Made by a program: the position numbers and the translations under genes. From Vezdaea acicularis (taxonomy: Eukaryota), in assembly GCA_026025075.1 (NCBI GenBank), contig JAPEUI010000059.1, positions 62,001 through 109,184 on the forward strand: 47,184 nucleotides of DNA, given 5' to 3'. Below are positions 34,329 to 45,836 of this stretch, one piece after another. Each line of letters opens with the position of its first letter. The stretch's first letter is position 1. The notes under the pieces are model-generated. The model was not told the DNA's origin. It saw only the letters and a program-made list of their open reading frames with translations, and made no database searches.

Positions 34329-35531
34329 ATGCGGGTAAAGGCGGACATCTTCATATCTATCTCTCTGCTTTGCTCTGCTGTTGCCGCGTCTGTCGCGAAG
34401 TATCCTCTCTCCGCAGCTCAGTCTCGCAACATCACCCTTGGTCTGTTCACCGAGCTTGAGGAACTAGCCCGCATAGTTGATATATCATACTGCGTCGGAA
34501 CGTCAGGCATCCAGGAGCCTTTTCAATGCCTATCTCGCTGCTCCTCGTTCCCTGACTTCAATCTTGTCACTACGTGGAATACAGGACCTCTGCTCTCCGA
34601 CTCATGCGGGTATATTGCCACATCAGAATCGCCTCCTCGTATTATCGTTGCGTTTCGTGGGACCTATTCCTTAGCAAATACGGTCGTAGACCTTTCGACT
34701 ATACCCCAGGAGTATGAGCCGTATCCTGATGAGCCAAGTGGTGGTCCAGAAGGCTATCGTCTAAGTAATGAATCCCCCGAGGACTACGCCAACGTGCATA
34801 AATGCGCAAATTGCACTGTCCATTCGGGATTTCTTCTAAGCTGGAGACACACTCGTGATGTTGTACTCCCCCACCTCGAGCTTAGCATCAAAGAAAACCC
34901 TCATTCGAAGCTTGTACTTGTTGGACACTCCCTTGGAGGCGCGGTGGCGGCGCTTGCAGGGTTGGAATTTGAGCAACGGGGATGGAAGCCTACGATAACG
35001 ACATTTGGGGAGCCTCGACTGGGAAACAAGGCGCTCATGGAACATATGGATATGCGCTTTAATACTTCATCTGACGAGAATGTTGGTATTGGAGGAAGAT
35101 ATAGACGTGTTACACACGTTAATGACCCCATACCTCTGCTGCCACTAGAGGAATGGGGTTACCGGATGCATGCCGGAGAAATTTACATATCTAAAGCTGA
35201 ATTATCGCCTGCGGTAGCCGACTTGGAAATCTGTGAGGGTGACGAGGACCCAAACTGTATTGCAAGCACCAGTCCGCCAGCGCTGCAGGCAAGGTCAACG
35301 GCCAGACCAAGCGCTCCAGATCATATTGGAATTGAATGGTGGAGCGAAGACGGGGGCATGTGGACCGTACCAAAGAGATTCAGGATGTGGCAACTCTTCT
35401 TCGCTCATAGGGATTACTTCTGGCGTCTAGGACTTTGTGTCCCAGGCGGTGATCCGGAAGATTGGTGGAGGAAGTACCCAAATCCGCATAATGATTTGAG
35501 CAATGAGACTCATGAGAAGGTAGAGCTATGA
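34329..35531 (+). CDS. Secreted class 3 lipase (triacylglycerol lipase/feruloyl esterase-like)
   Basis: Signal peptide from ATG 34329 (MRVKADIFISISLLCSAVAA), IIVAFRGT, VHSGF, the GHSLG nucleophile motif, TFGEPR.GN, RVTHVNDPIP.LP and AHRDYFW. Intronless. Confidence 0.93.
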   Translation: MRVKADIFISISLLCSAVAASVAKYPLSAAQSRNITLGLFTELEELARIVDISYCVGTSGIQEPFQCLSRCSSFPDFNLVTTWNTGPLLSDSCGYIATSESPPRIIVAFRGTYSLANTVVDLSTIPQEYEPYPDEPSGGPEGYRLSNESPEDYANVHKCANCTVHSGFLLSWRHTRDVVLPHLELSIKENPHSKLVLVGHSLGGAVAALAGLEFEQRGWKPTITTFGEPRLGNKALMEHMDMRFNTSSDENVGIGGRYRRVTHVNDPIPLLPLEEWGYRMHAGEIYISKAELSPAVADLEICEGDEDPNCIASTSPPALQARSTARPSAPDHIGIEWWSEDGGMWTVPKRFRMWQLFFAHRDYFWRLGLCVPGGDPEDWWRKYPNPHNDLSNETHEKVEL

Positions 35532-36286
35532 ATATAATGACCTTTCACAGATCACCCGGACTTATCACTGGAATGCTGATATATGTCGAGCTCTGCAAGA
35601 TATTGCAAAGCACCTTCTTTGTCAATGGAAGAGAACCTTGTAGCATTTGCCCCTTGCCCCCGAGATGTGGCGAAAAGCCGAAGCTATGGTTGCTAATGTA
35701 AAATCTCTTTGACCCTTGTATCATCGTTTCCATTATCTTTATTAGCTAGGCCACAACCCCCGAGGAAGGGGTATTGCATAGCTTTCCGCTTCTTATTCAA
35801 TCTGCGTCAAAGCTCGTTTTTGGCTATGGGTGTCTCTTTCAACCATATTCGTTGAGTAGCACCTCTTTGTCCAGGTCTTTTGGTTCTAAGTCCCTTAGAG
35901 GGGGTCCTGCGTTGGGTGAAGGATTCATGCCGCTATATGTGTGTGGGAAATGTGTACAATTTTGGTTGCATCAAAAGATGGGAATTTGTGGCTTGAAAAT
36001 ATAGGAGATAAAGCACTTGGTTTCAGACTGCTTGAGAGCATGGCTATGCGTGTTGCCATACCAAGAATTAGCGGTTTAGGGGTTGTGGAAAAACGTAATA
36101 CCTTGATCACCTTTCTACAACACAATCAAATACGTCATAGCGGTCACCAGGAAGTACTTCTCATTTCGTCAATTCCAGTGTGTTGAGAAAAAGCTCTGGT
36201 CGTCGCACAACTTTACTGTTTGATCAACTAAATGCTCAAATATACACGCATTACAACCCCCTTTTTTCAGACACTGCTGGAGAAAA

Positions 36287-38045
36287 ATGAATCGACCTAG
36301 ATGGAGGAAATATCCTCCGTTTGGCGACATGCATGGGGTAGGAGCCCGCACTTGGATACTTCCTTGAAAAGAGACTAACCATGACAGGCTCGAACATCTG
36401 TAACTCAAATGCTTGTTGACCTTAGAAAGAATCCTCAGAAGCTTGCAAAAGCCGTCCAAATCCTTCAAAGCATGCTGGACGAGTTTAAACTAGAGAATAT
36501 TATCGAAGGTAACAAGAAGAAAGACTGTAAAGACTGTCAAAATAGGGATCAGCAAAATCTTATCAAGGTTGAGAGGAAGAAAATGCGCTGTGAGGTTCGC
36601 ATTAAAGGCACCAACTTACTTGAAGCTACCCGGGCAGATCGAAATGACAAACAACACATTCCGGCAATTGGGTCGAATGAGGCGGGAGAAACCTTCCAGT
36701 GTCAACTGGAGCGAAATAAGCAACCCAAGACACCCCACTCTGATCGAGGAAGGGAAATTAAGCATGCTTTTTCTATTTCGGACATCCCCCTTACCTCGAG
36801 AGTTGATGATCTTATCTTGGCTTTTGTGAAAAACAAAGTCACTCCAATCTCGCCCGTCAAGCCGGGGCAACCAGCAAACCACGCGGCAGTTATGCTGACT
36901 AACGTGGTTGATACGTTGGCTGGAATTTCTATAGACAAAAGAAAACTTCCTAAGGTTGAGGCAACTTCCATGGTCCTATATATGAACATGATCTTTGGAT
37001 GGAAAGGAATGGAGACTTTGAAAGCCCATCTGATAAGCGTGCGCTTCTGGGGCAGTTGCTGGAGCCAAGAGGATTGTACGGAAGTATTTCGGGAATCAGC
37101 TCTTGTCAAGGCACTGCCACTGATGTTCCGCCAAACCGTCGCTCAGTTTGCTTATCTCGATAGAAAGGTGCAAGAACCGGAAATGTCCTGCCTGCTTGAC
37201 AGCATCTCTGCATACGCTCGTCCTGCCAGCAAAGTGCAGAAACCGTTAATCGCCGTGTACTCGACAATACCCCTGGAGATGCTCATCTCGAGAGGGAGAC
37301 GCAAGGATCGGCGGACACTCAAGTGCTCGAGAGCGTTCCCGAAATTGCGCCCCATGATGAAAAGGTGCAAGGACCGCAAATTCCATGCGCACTTGGAGAC
37401 GTCTCCGATCATCCCTGCCTTCGTCAAAAAGTGCAAGAGCCCGCAACCTCTTGTGTACGTGAAATGGTCAACTTGGCTAGATTTCACAGCCACTGGGCCA
37501 TAGCACGCAAAGCAACAAATGCCGAGGAACTGCAGGCACTGATTACTAAGTTGAAAGCCGAATTTGAGCACCTCAACTTCATGCCCGATCATTTCACGCT
37601 AAAGGAAGTCCTCGTTTGCGCATATCTTGGTAACAAGGCCCATGACCTTAAACTAGTCAAGATCACCGTAAAAAAGTGGGAGGAATGCCTTGAAGCCGGC
37701 CACCAGTATCATGCTTTGGAGTCCGTGTTCGAATCTGCAGGGGTCTTCCTTCTCATTCCGAAGGAGTTCACATACAATACTTTCAAAAGTATGGGGTTGA
37801 AAGCATTTTCATGCCTTCTCACGGTCTGGCTCAATCAATTTCCGGAGTTGATAAAGGTGTGCGAGAATTTGCAGAAACACGTCTTGCGACCTATTTTAGA
37901 TGGGGATGAACCTGCTGTACTTGCTTTGGAGAAATGGAAACATATTAAGGGATCCAGTTTGAGTCTGGTAGAAGGTACTCGAGTCATTGAAAAAGACGAG
38001 GTGGTCGATCAGGGCAAGGTCGATGAGGATCTGATTGAGCTGTGA
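36287..38045 (+). CDS. Hypothetical multi-exon protein, no recognised family
   Basis: Two long overlapping ORFs are joined in frame by a candidate intron 37168-37229. Candidate upstream intron 36338-36387 (GTAGGA..CTAAC..CAG). The 5' structure is uncertain and may extend to ~35950. Confidence 0.5.
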
Positions 38046-38754
38046 TTGGCTTCAAACTCGGCTTGGATGTACTACTTGGGCTCAAATGGTCTTGGCTACG
38101 GCTTCGCCTTTCATGTTGTATGCCTCAAGTCTAGTCAATGTACATTACAGTAGGATAGTCATAATATAGATGACGTGTTACCCCTGAGATAGCTGGTTTT
38201 CAGCTATTGGATATTGTCTTGCACATATGACTGTTTGAGACTCAATTGTCTCTTCACTTATCAAAACCGCATTTTAGTATCAGGGACTTGCTCAAGCTTG
38301 TTCTCAGCTTTCTATCACCCGATATAGATACCTCTCATTATGTAATATCGCTTTCACCAAACAAGAAAACCCTTCTTCATATGGACGATTCCTTTCATCC
38401 TTCTACCGCTCTAGAAGAATCTGCTTGGTCTCTGGTCTCAAAGCGCTTTAGCTAAAACGCTTGTCTACATTTTCGTTCTCGGCCGTGCCGACTCCAGTAC
38501 GAGGGTCAACGGGGGTCAGGCTGAGAGGTTAGCTTTCACCGATTATAAGACGCAGCTCTAACAAAATATGACGGTTGTTGCAATGGATATGTCTATTATT
38601 AAAAATTCAGGACAACCATTGTGGCACAGTAAGAAATTGGATGGCTGTAATGATATCCTATTTCCCTGTCTCTCTTTCTCGATCTGTTGTATTCGTAACA
38701 CGTCATGTTGTGCTCTGAAATCTCCTGGCTCTTGGTGCCTCCCTTTATAATATA

Positions 38755-38834
38755 CAGTGGAGGGGCAAAAGTCTGAATACACCTTGGCCTCGCTTCACGT
38801 GCCGAAGTGTATTCAGACTTCTCCTCCCCCACTG
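38755..38834. mobile_element. impala/mimp-like Tc1-mariner MITE, copy 1 (80 bp)
   Basis: TA|CAGTGGAGGGGCAAAAGTCTGAATACAC, 24 nt spacer, GTGTATTCAGACTTCTCCTCCCCCACTG|TA. TIRs match at 24/28 and resemble the mimp consensus CAGTGGG..GCAA[TA]AA. Confidence 0.85.
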
Positions 38835-39240
38835 TAACAAAGCCACCGACCTCCTGGGTTAGGATCTCAACTCAGATGTCTTCTTTGTGTTTGTTCTTAG
38901 GATCTAAGAACAAAACATATAGTTCCGAGAGAACTAGTCACCCTAAGATCTTCTAGAAGCCTCCACTCCGCCTGGAAGCATGTCACGCACTAAAAGAGGT
39001 GCCAAACGGCTTCCAGTGCTACTTCTAGCGACAAAAGCAGCCATTAACATGAGAAAATGGTACGTTGTCAATGTTAGGTACATCTCATAGATCTTCTAAC
39101 ATTCCTCACTAGGCTCTGCTGCTAAGGGCATTATATTTTTGAAATGCTTTACACACACAACTTAATAGATTTCAAAGATTGTATGTGTACAAAAAAGTAT
39201 TGGAAGGTTGGCTTCCTTCTTCGCCTTATGATCGTTCGTA

Positions 39241-39328
39241 CAGTGGGGGGGCAGAAGTCTGAATACACTTCGGCGCGTGAAGCAAGGTCAAGGTGTATTC
39301 AGACTTTTGCCCCCCCCCCCCCCAACTG
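39241..39328. mobile_element. impala/mimp-like MITE, copy 2 (88 bp), inverted relative to copy 1
   Basis: TA|CAGTGGGGGGGCAGAAGTCTGAATACAC...GTGTATTCAGACTTTTG(C14)AACTG|TA. The spacer is the reverse complement of the copy 1 spacer with 3 differences. Confidence 0.85.
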
Positions 39329-39524
39329 TACGCCATCACTCAGCATACAAATTGCACCTAACGGTACGACCTATTGTAATTTGAAGGACTGGTGCATATG
39401 CTGTGGAGCTATTTTATGACAATCGTAGCACCATCTATCGTACAGCAGCCCCTGAAGTAGGTTTCCCCCCCAGACCAAAAATTACTCCCTTATCCCAAAA
39501 GCACATATCGCACATGCTACCCAT

Positions 39525-40237
39525 CTACAACTCGGCCTTCGCTTCCTCTGCCGTCGCCTCCTCCTTCTTTGCCTCAGCCTTATCTTCAACCTTATCCCCT
39601 TCCGCAAACTTCAAGCTAATGCTATTTACGCAATGCCGCTCATCTGTAGGCGTCGCATAACCCTCACCCTTGAACACATGTCCCAAATGCCCGCCACAGT
39701 TCGAGCACACGATCTCCGTCCTCGCCATCCCAAACGTGCGGTCCGTATGCCTTGTCACCGCGCCTGGTACGGCATCGAAGAAGGCCGGCCAGCCGCAGCC
39801 GGACTTGAATTTGTGGTTTGCTCGGTATAAAGGGGCGTTACAGGCGGCGCAAGCGTAGACACCGCTGCTGGGCATGTGCTTGTCGTATTTACCGGTGAAG
39901 GGCGCTTCGGTACCCTTTTCGCGGAGGACGCGGAATTGCTCTATAAAACGCTTGTTAGCATGTTCTCTGGTAGAGGGGGGCTTGAGGGGGAATCCGAGAA
40001 CTTACCCTTGTTGAGCACCGCCTGCCACTCATCTTCACTCTTTTCGACGGGGTAAGACATGTTTCTTGAGCTGGAGCTGCTGAAGAGGGAGCTGAGGAAT
40101 GGGAATGAGGGCATAGACTTCAAGACTGGGTGGCGGTTGAACGGTTGTAGGACTCCCCGATAAGCGGTGCTGTTTCTGGTGATATTGCTGAAGGTGTAGA
40201 GTGTGCGAAGTATAGCCGGGAAAGGAGGGAAGCGCAT
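39525..40237 (-). CDS. msrB: Peptide methionine-R-sulfoxide reductase MsrB (SelR), zinc-binding
   Basis: KSEDEWQAVL|EQFRVLREKGTEAPF, Y.CAAC, KFKSGCGWPAF, RTEIVCSNCGGHLGHVF and RHCVNSISL. Intron 39941-40005. Confidence 0.96.
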
Positions 40238-40722
40238 GGAGTATTTATGTACAACTATGATCGAGGCGAAGTTGGAGGTTTGAGGTAATATTTAAGTTGT
40301 CGTTGGTGAATTTGAATGCTCGAGGACAAATAGTGTTGCATCCGTAGTCGGTGGCGGGAGGATCGGTCGGCTTTTCTTTGTTTTCTCATGACGTCGGCAT
40401 TTGGAATCGCGACAGGCGCGGGGTGAGCCTGCGGCTGGTTCCGTTCAGGCATTTGGAATGCTGACGCATGGGCTGTCTGAGCCACACTAAACTCTAAACG
40501 ATATACAGTTTTACACTAAGAACAACAACGAGAACAGAACAAAGAACTATATCCTTCTATCATCATCCAATCTCGGCACATGGAGTCCGGTTCCGGTGAT
40601 GCTAAATGTTAGTTCAAAAGTGTACACACACACCTAGACGCCTGAATGCCGGACGCTCTCCAAGTAGAATCTGGAGCTCATAGCAATCTAGAGGACTCCC
40701 AGTTGAGCATATAAAATGACAA

Positions 40723-42390
40723 TCACCTTTTCTTCATTATTCCAACGACAACCAGCTGCCCAGACCCATGTTCAACCTTCCACCCTTCTCTAAACAACAT
40801 TTTCCCCACGGCCGGCCCAATCTTGCCTCTTCCACCCTCACTGTGATTCCCAACCCCGGTAATGATCCGAAAGACAGATCCTTCGCCAAACTTTCCAGTA
40901 GTGCGGGCTTCCCCAAGATAGCTCCACCAGGCTGTGACCCTCTCTCGAGAAATCCGCACTGCGTCCTTTACAGATACACCATGAAGATCAAGTTGGTATT
41001 TATTTGATTGGCTTTCAACTAGGGCATCTGCGGCGCTTGCGTTGAAGGCTCTGGCTAGTTTGTCATGCTCGCGGGCTTCATTGCTGTAGTATGCTGCCAC
41101 ACCGCCCATGTTGTTGGTCGAATTTGCTTTTTTGGCTGAAGCCGCTGCTTTAGCATAAAGATGGTTTCGTGTAGCCAGGTTTGACGCAGCTAATCTGGAA
41201 GCAACCCCTAGGTCTAAGTCGCCGAGGTTTCTTGGGGCATTCACAGATGATATGTTATCAGTGATCTCTATTGGAGCATACTTTCCGATAATCTTGACTC
41301 CCGGCCCTGGAGCCGGAGTAGCACTTAGCTTCGAAGCGAGCTCGCGGGCATTAGCAAAAGACGAAGCCGTCAGACGAATAAGAGTAGTGGCTTGAGTGAG
41401 GTTTAACTTAGGCACCTCAGCAATAAGCACTTCCCCCAGGTGTTCGCGCTCTTCATAATTAGAGACACGAGCAGTATTGGAGGCATCCGCATCTAGTAGA
41501 GCGTTCAAAGCCCCTGCGATTGTTGCGCCATTTTTATAGTACGCAGATGTGACTGCTGTTTTTGGTAAACATATGCGTGACGAGATGAAGTTGATGTCCT
41601 CCTGAGCCAAATCCCAACGAGAAGTAGTTAGAGCGGGGCCTTCTATGTACTGCTCGGTGGAAGGAGTAGAGGAAGAAACCTGCTGCCTTTGCCGAGACTT
41701 ATTCTTGCCTTTTCTTCGTTTTGTTGAAACAGTAGACGCTTCAAAGCCATCTACTCCTTTAGCAACAAGTACTTTCCCTGTGATTTCCTCCTCTTCAATA
41801 ACGTAATTTTGGTTCAATAGATCTTCTACGGCATCTGCAAAGTTGAACTTGCATTTCTTCAAAGTATGGTTAACAGAAAAGGTCGTGACCTTTGGGAACA
41901 TGGCTATGAGTGTATCCTCCTTACTCTGATTATCCGAGTTCTCATACTCTTTCATCTGCAACGTATCACTCGTATCGCTTTCTGAGGTAGAAGAGCTCTC
42001 CAGTCCGAACTGGGAGAGAGAACTGGTGAGATCCGTATCGTGTTGGCTCCCCTCCTGCGACGGTGATGCTTGCCCAAAGACCTCTTTTCGACGGCGATCA
42101 CTATCTTTCTCTGTATTTGTATCCCCATGCCTATCAGCTTCGTTTGCTTCTGGGATGGTTTCTTGTAGTAACGCTTGATCTTTCAATTCAATGAGTAATG
42201 TCCGAAGTTGCTCTGGCTTCGCTTCGCTTGCATCATTGAAATCTTGTGAAAGTAGATATACAAGCGTCGTCTCAAGCGGTGGACAGAACTCCTTCTGGAG
42301 GCTCTCCTTCAGATTGAGTCAGCGACAAGATAGAATTGAGGATTCGTGCTTCTTTACCACCAAGTTTTCAGCTGTGTTATCCATTTCCAT
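40723..42390 (-). CDS. Smr-domain protein with a CUE-like region (Cue2/N4BP2-like family)
   Basis: C-terminal LDLHGVSVKDAV...IITGVGNHSEGG.GKIGPAV..ML..EGW. CUE-like L.AMFP.......LKKC......AVEDLL. N-terminal EFCPPL. Short first exon then intron ~42308-42357. Confidence 0.85.
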
Positions 42391-42801
42391 AGTGTGGTAA
42401 AACGAGTGGTATTTTGCAGTAACCCGAGTCTAGCATACTCGGAATAGAAGAGGGTTTGGAGAGGCAGGGCTCCTTAAAGACTTTTGTATGATGGACCCAG
42501 AGATAAACAATGTCAGACCACATCCGATGTTGTGTTGGTCGATTAATCGTGTGTTCAATGGTGTGCTACTCTCTGGATCTGTTCGAGAAGGTAGGTGGGA
42601 TGGGCTAGAAGAGCCTCGCGAGAAAGTCAAAGCCATGTGAATGAACACCCAGAGTGGTCCGCCCGTCTGAACCATCCGCCCAAGGTCCCCACAGGCTAAG
42701 GGTTCACGAATATTCCAGAATTTCCACGACCGGCAATTCGTGATCCATCGCAAGCTCTTGAAGCTTGGGAGCCCTAAAGTCGTAGGGAAAACTCAGCAAA
42801 A

Positions 42802-43387
42802 ATGCTCCGCGCAAAGCTGCTCTCGCAATTACTGACCCAGAATCTTTCGCCCTCAATTTCCAACATCCTGTTTGTCTTAACCCCCCTCCGGCTCTTTCCA
42901 TAGCCATCGATGTTCTTTGGCTGACAATTCCTCCAGCATCTTCAGCCCCTCCGGCACGCTTTATAGCTCCTCTGTGCCCGCTCCACCCTCTCCGCGCATG
43001 CTCACGACCCTCCTCGCCAACATCTACGGCTCTTATTCCACCAGGCGAGCCCCTGCGTCTATCAGCTTCGAGCTCACAAACTCAATCATTCACGTTCAGA
43101 CCATCTCACCCTCGCTGTTACTAGTGCTAGTCTCTCGCCCTGACGATCACGCGATCACGAACGGGGAGCGCCCACAATCGTCTGCCACGTCATCAGTCGA
43201 GCCTCCCACAATGACAGAGTCAGGGGAGGTCAAGAGCGCCGAGCGACCAAGTAGAGAGTCAACGGTATCTGCGGCGGCTAAGAGAAATGATGGTGAGGAG
43301 CTGTTGGGGCTTTTGAAGGCGAAGGCGGAGAACCTCGCACGGTTCCTTAAGAAGGAGCTAGAAGGGTTTGAGATCAAAGATCGGTAG
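42802..43387 (+). CDS. Roadblock/LC7-fold protein, LAMTOR2 (p14)/Ego3-like Ragulator subunit
   Basis: Exon 1 (42802-42869), intron 42870-42936 and exon 2 give MLRAKLLSQLLTQNLSPSISNILIFSPSGTLYS...LLLVLV...GLLKAKAENLARFL. This parallels LAMTOR2 MLRPKALTQVL...GMLKAKAQALVQYL. Confidence 0.7.
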
Positions 43388-44404
43388 AATCACTACAGAT
43401 TCTCAGGTAATTCTCTAGTAACACACGGCTGTACATAACGGAATGATTGGAGGGGCGGAGCACTGGAGTTACCAGGACAGGTGTCTTGGCGTCTAGATAC
43501 CTCAGCATTTGGTTTCTCTCTGGGGAAATTTATACAACATGACTCATGCCCTAAGTAGTGTTATCTCACAGAGACAGCGAGGATTTTTGAAGATTTGCTG
43601 ATGATAATGCTCATTTGGATACCCATAACCTCCTTGCAAGGAACAGTGATATTGAAGCCTCAATTGTCGGCGCCAACTTTCACAGATTAGCCATAAGACT
43701 TTTAGAAGTCCTCCTGATCTGAGCGACTTGAGCGTAAGCTTGTGTATGGGGATCTCATACTGCATTTATGGACTCTTTGCTCTGGTCTTATTGATTGTTT
43801 GGATTTATTGCGCTGAGGAGAGGAGCACAGCGGCTTCCTTCGTTGTTCACAGAATGGAGCCGAGGGATTGCTGACTACTCATCATGATAGCGTGATTCAA
43901 GTAAGCCAATCTTCAGCAGGGAAGCATATGCACGATCGTAGGAGGGACGTGAAAGTTATGTAATGGATTTGCAGGATGCTCCAACTTCACACCTTATATC
44001 TAATGATAGCGGAGATGGGATGTTGACGAAGGTCAAGGCTATACATCTTTCCATCCGAAAGGGCAAGAAGGAGACATCCAACCAAGCAGGCTACGCAATG
44101 AAGTGAACCCGCTTTGGTGTGCAGCCTCATGAGAACTCAGTCCTGTTTCACCGGCGCAACCTTACCCGCACACAATCGCCGAAAAAAAGGAGAATAAGAG
44201 CAGAGGCCATGTCAAGATAAAACTAAAGGAAAGGAGATTCCGCTATCGTAGTGCAGGCAAATGTCGGTCGCTTTCTCAGAACGCCTCCAGGCTAGTGATC
44301 AGACAAATCTATAGATCCTTCAACCATTCCATATGTTGCTTATGATCGAAGTGTACGTTGTTGCCAGATAGTCAAAGTCGTGATCCCTGCCCCATGTTGC
44401 CAAC

Positions 44405-45836
44405 CTAGGTCTCCTCAGACGGCCCAGCTTCAGTCTTCGGTACTGCAGCGGTCTCGGGTTTAGCCTCGGCATCGACTGGTTTGGGGTCAGCCGGAGTAGG
44501 CTCAGCTTCTTTTGCTGGCTTTGCAGTAGCCCCTTCAGCAGCCTGAGCAGCATCAGGTTCGCCTCCATCAGAAGAGGTCCAGAGCGTCAGGTTATCCCGT
44601 AGGAGTTGCATGATGAGAGTGCTATCACGGTACGACTCCTCTGATAACGAATCGAGTTCGGCGATGGCATCATCGAAAGCCTGCTTGGCCAAGTGGCAAG
44701 CCCGATCCGGGGAATTGAGAATCTCGTAGTAGAACACTGAGAAGTTGAGGGCTAGACCCAAGCGAATGGGGTGAGTCGGGGTAAGCTCAGTTTGGGCAAC
44801 TTCGGTCGCATTCTAGATTACGCGTCAGTACGAAGATGATCAAGTATTTGAATTCCCTAGTAGGAAGGACTTACTTTATAAGCTTCATGCGCTGCAGTAG
44901 CAGCGACCTTCCGCTTCTCACCCGAGGCGAACTCAGCAAGGTAACGGTGGTAATCTCCCTTCCTAAGAGGTAGGATGATTAGTTCAAAAACAAAGAGAGC
45001 ATATGTGTATGATATCTAATAAATTCTTGGCATACATCTTGTGATAGAAAACCTTTGATTCGCCTGACTCGGCCTTGGGAATGAGAGATTCATCAAGAAC
45101 ATCGAGAACATCTTGGCACACTTTCTCGAGCTCGGTTTCGATCTTCTGACGATAGTCCCGGATAGTACCGACATGCTTGTCTGAGCCCTTGGACTCTTCC
45201 TTCTGTTCGATAGAGGAGATGATACGCCAGGAGGCACGTCGGGTCCCGACCACATTTTTGTAGGCAACGGAAAGCAGATTGCGTTCATCGACTGTTAGCT
45301 CACCACCGATCTGTAGATAGAAGGCCACATTAATTTTGTTTTGAAGTCAGGGGAGGACATCACGAATATTCGAGTATTCTTAGATGTACGCAGGTGCGCG
45401 CCGTACCTTCGCAACTTCCTGTCATTGAAGTCAGCAAAACACGCATTTGATTGAACTTGTCAAAGGGGAAATATTAACCTTCATGTAAAGTACCATTTCT
45501 AACAAATAAGAATAATTAGCTTTGATATAGATGTGTGTACGTGTACGAAAGTTACGTACCATCATATCGTTCGGCCTGTTCGCAGAGTCGGGCAAGAAAG
45601 GTCTTGCTGCAGATTGCGTCAACTGACTGTCAACGATCATACGATTGTGAAGAATACTGTACCTTTCACGCTACACGGTAGAATGTCAAGGTCAGCCATC
45701 TGTGCTTGTTTATTCCAACAAACACGGTGAAAAAGCGAGGGCACATGCACGACGGTCTTGCCCGCATCATGCTTTGGCGGGCAAGTGGGCATGTGAAGGT
45801 TGATAGAGGGGTCAGAGCGCTTACTTCGGAAGTCAT
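44405..45836 (-). CDS. 14-3-3 protein (Rad24/BMH/ArtB-like)
   Basis: [95 protein letters not shown] and [20 protein letters not shown]. Eight exons including micro-exons. Confidence 0.98.

Noticed and set aside
35511..35531. Lipase C-terminal KVEL as an ER-retention signal
   Set aside because: It deviates from fungal HDEL/KDEL and cannot be supported without conservation data.
37323..37503. Overlap of two long ORFs suggesting a programmed frameshift
   Set aside because: A candidate 62 nt intron (37168-37229) joins the frames, and no slippery site was seen.
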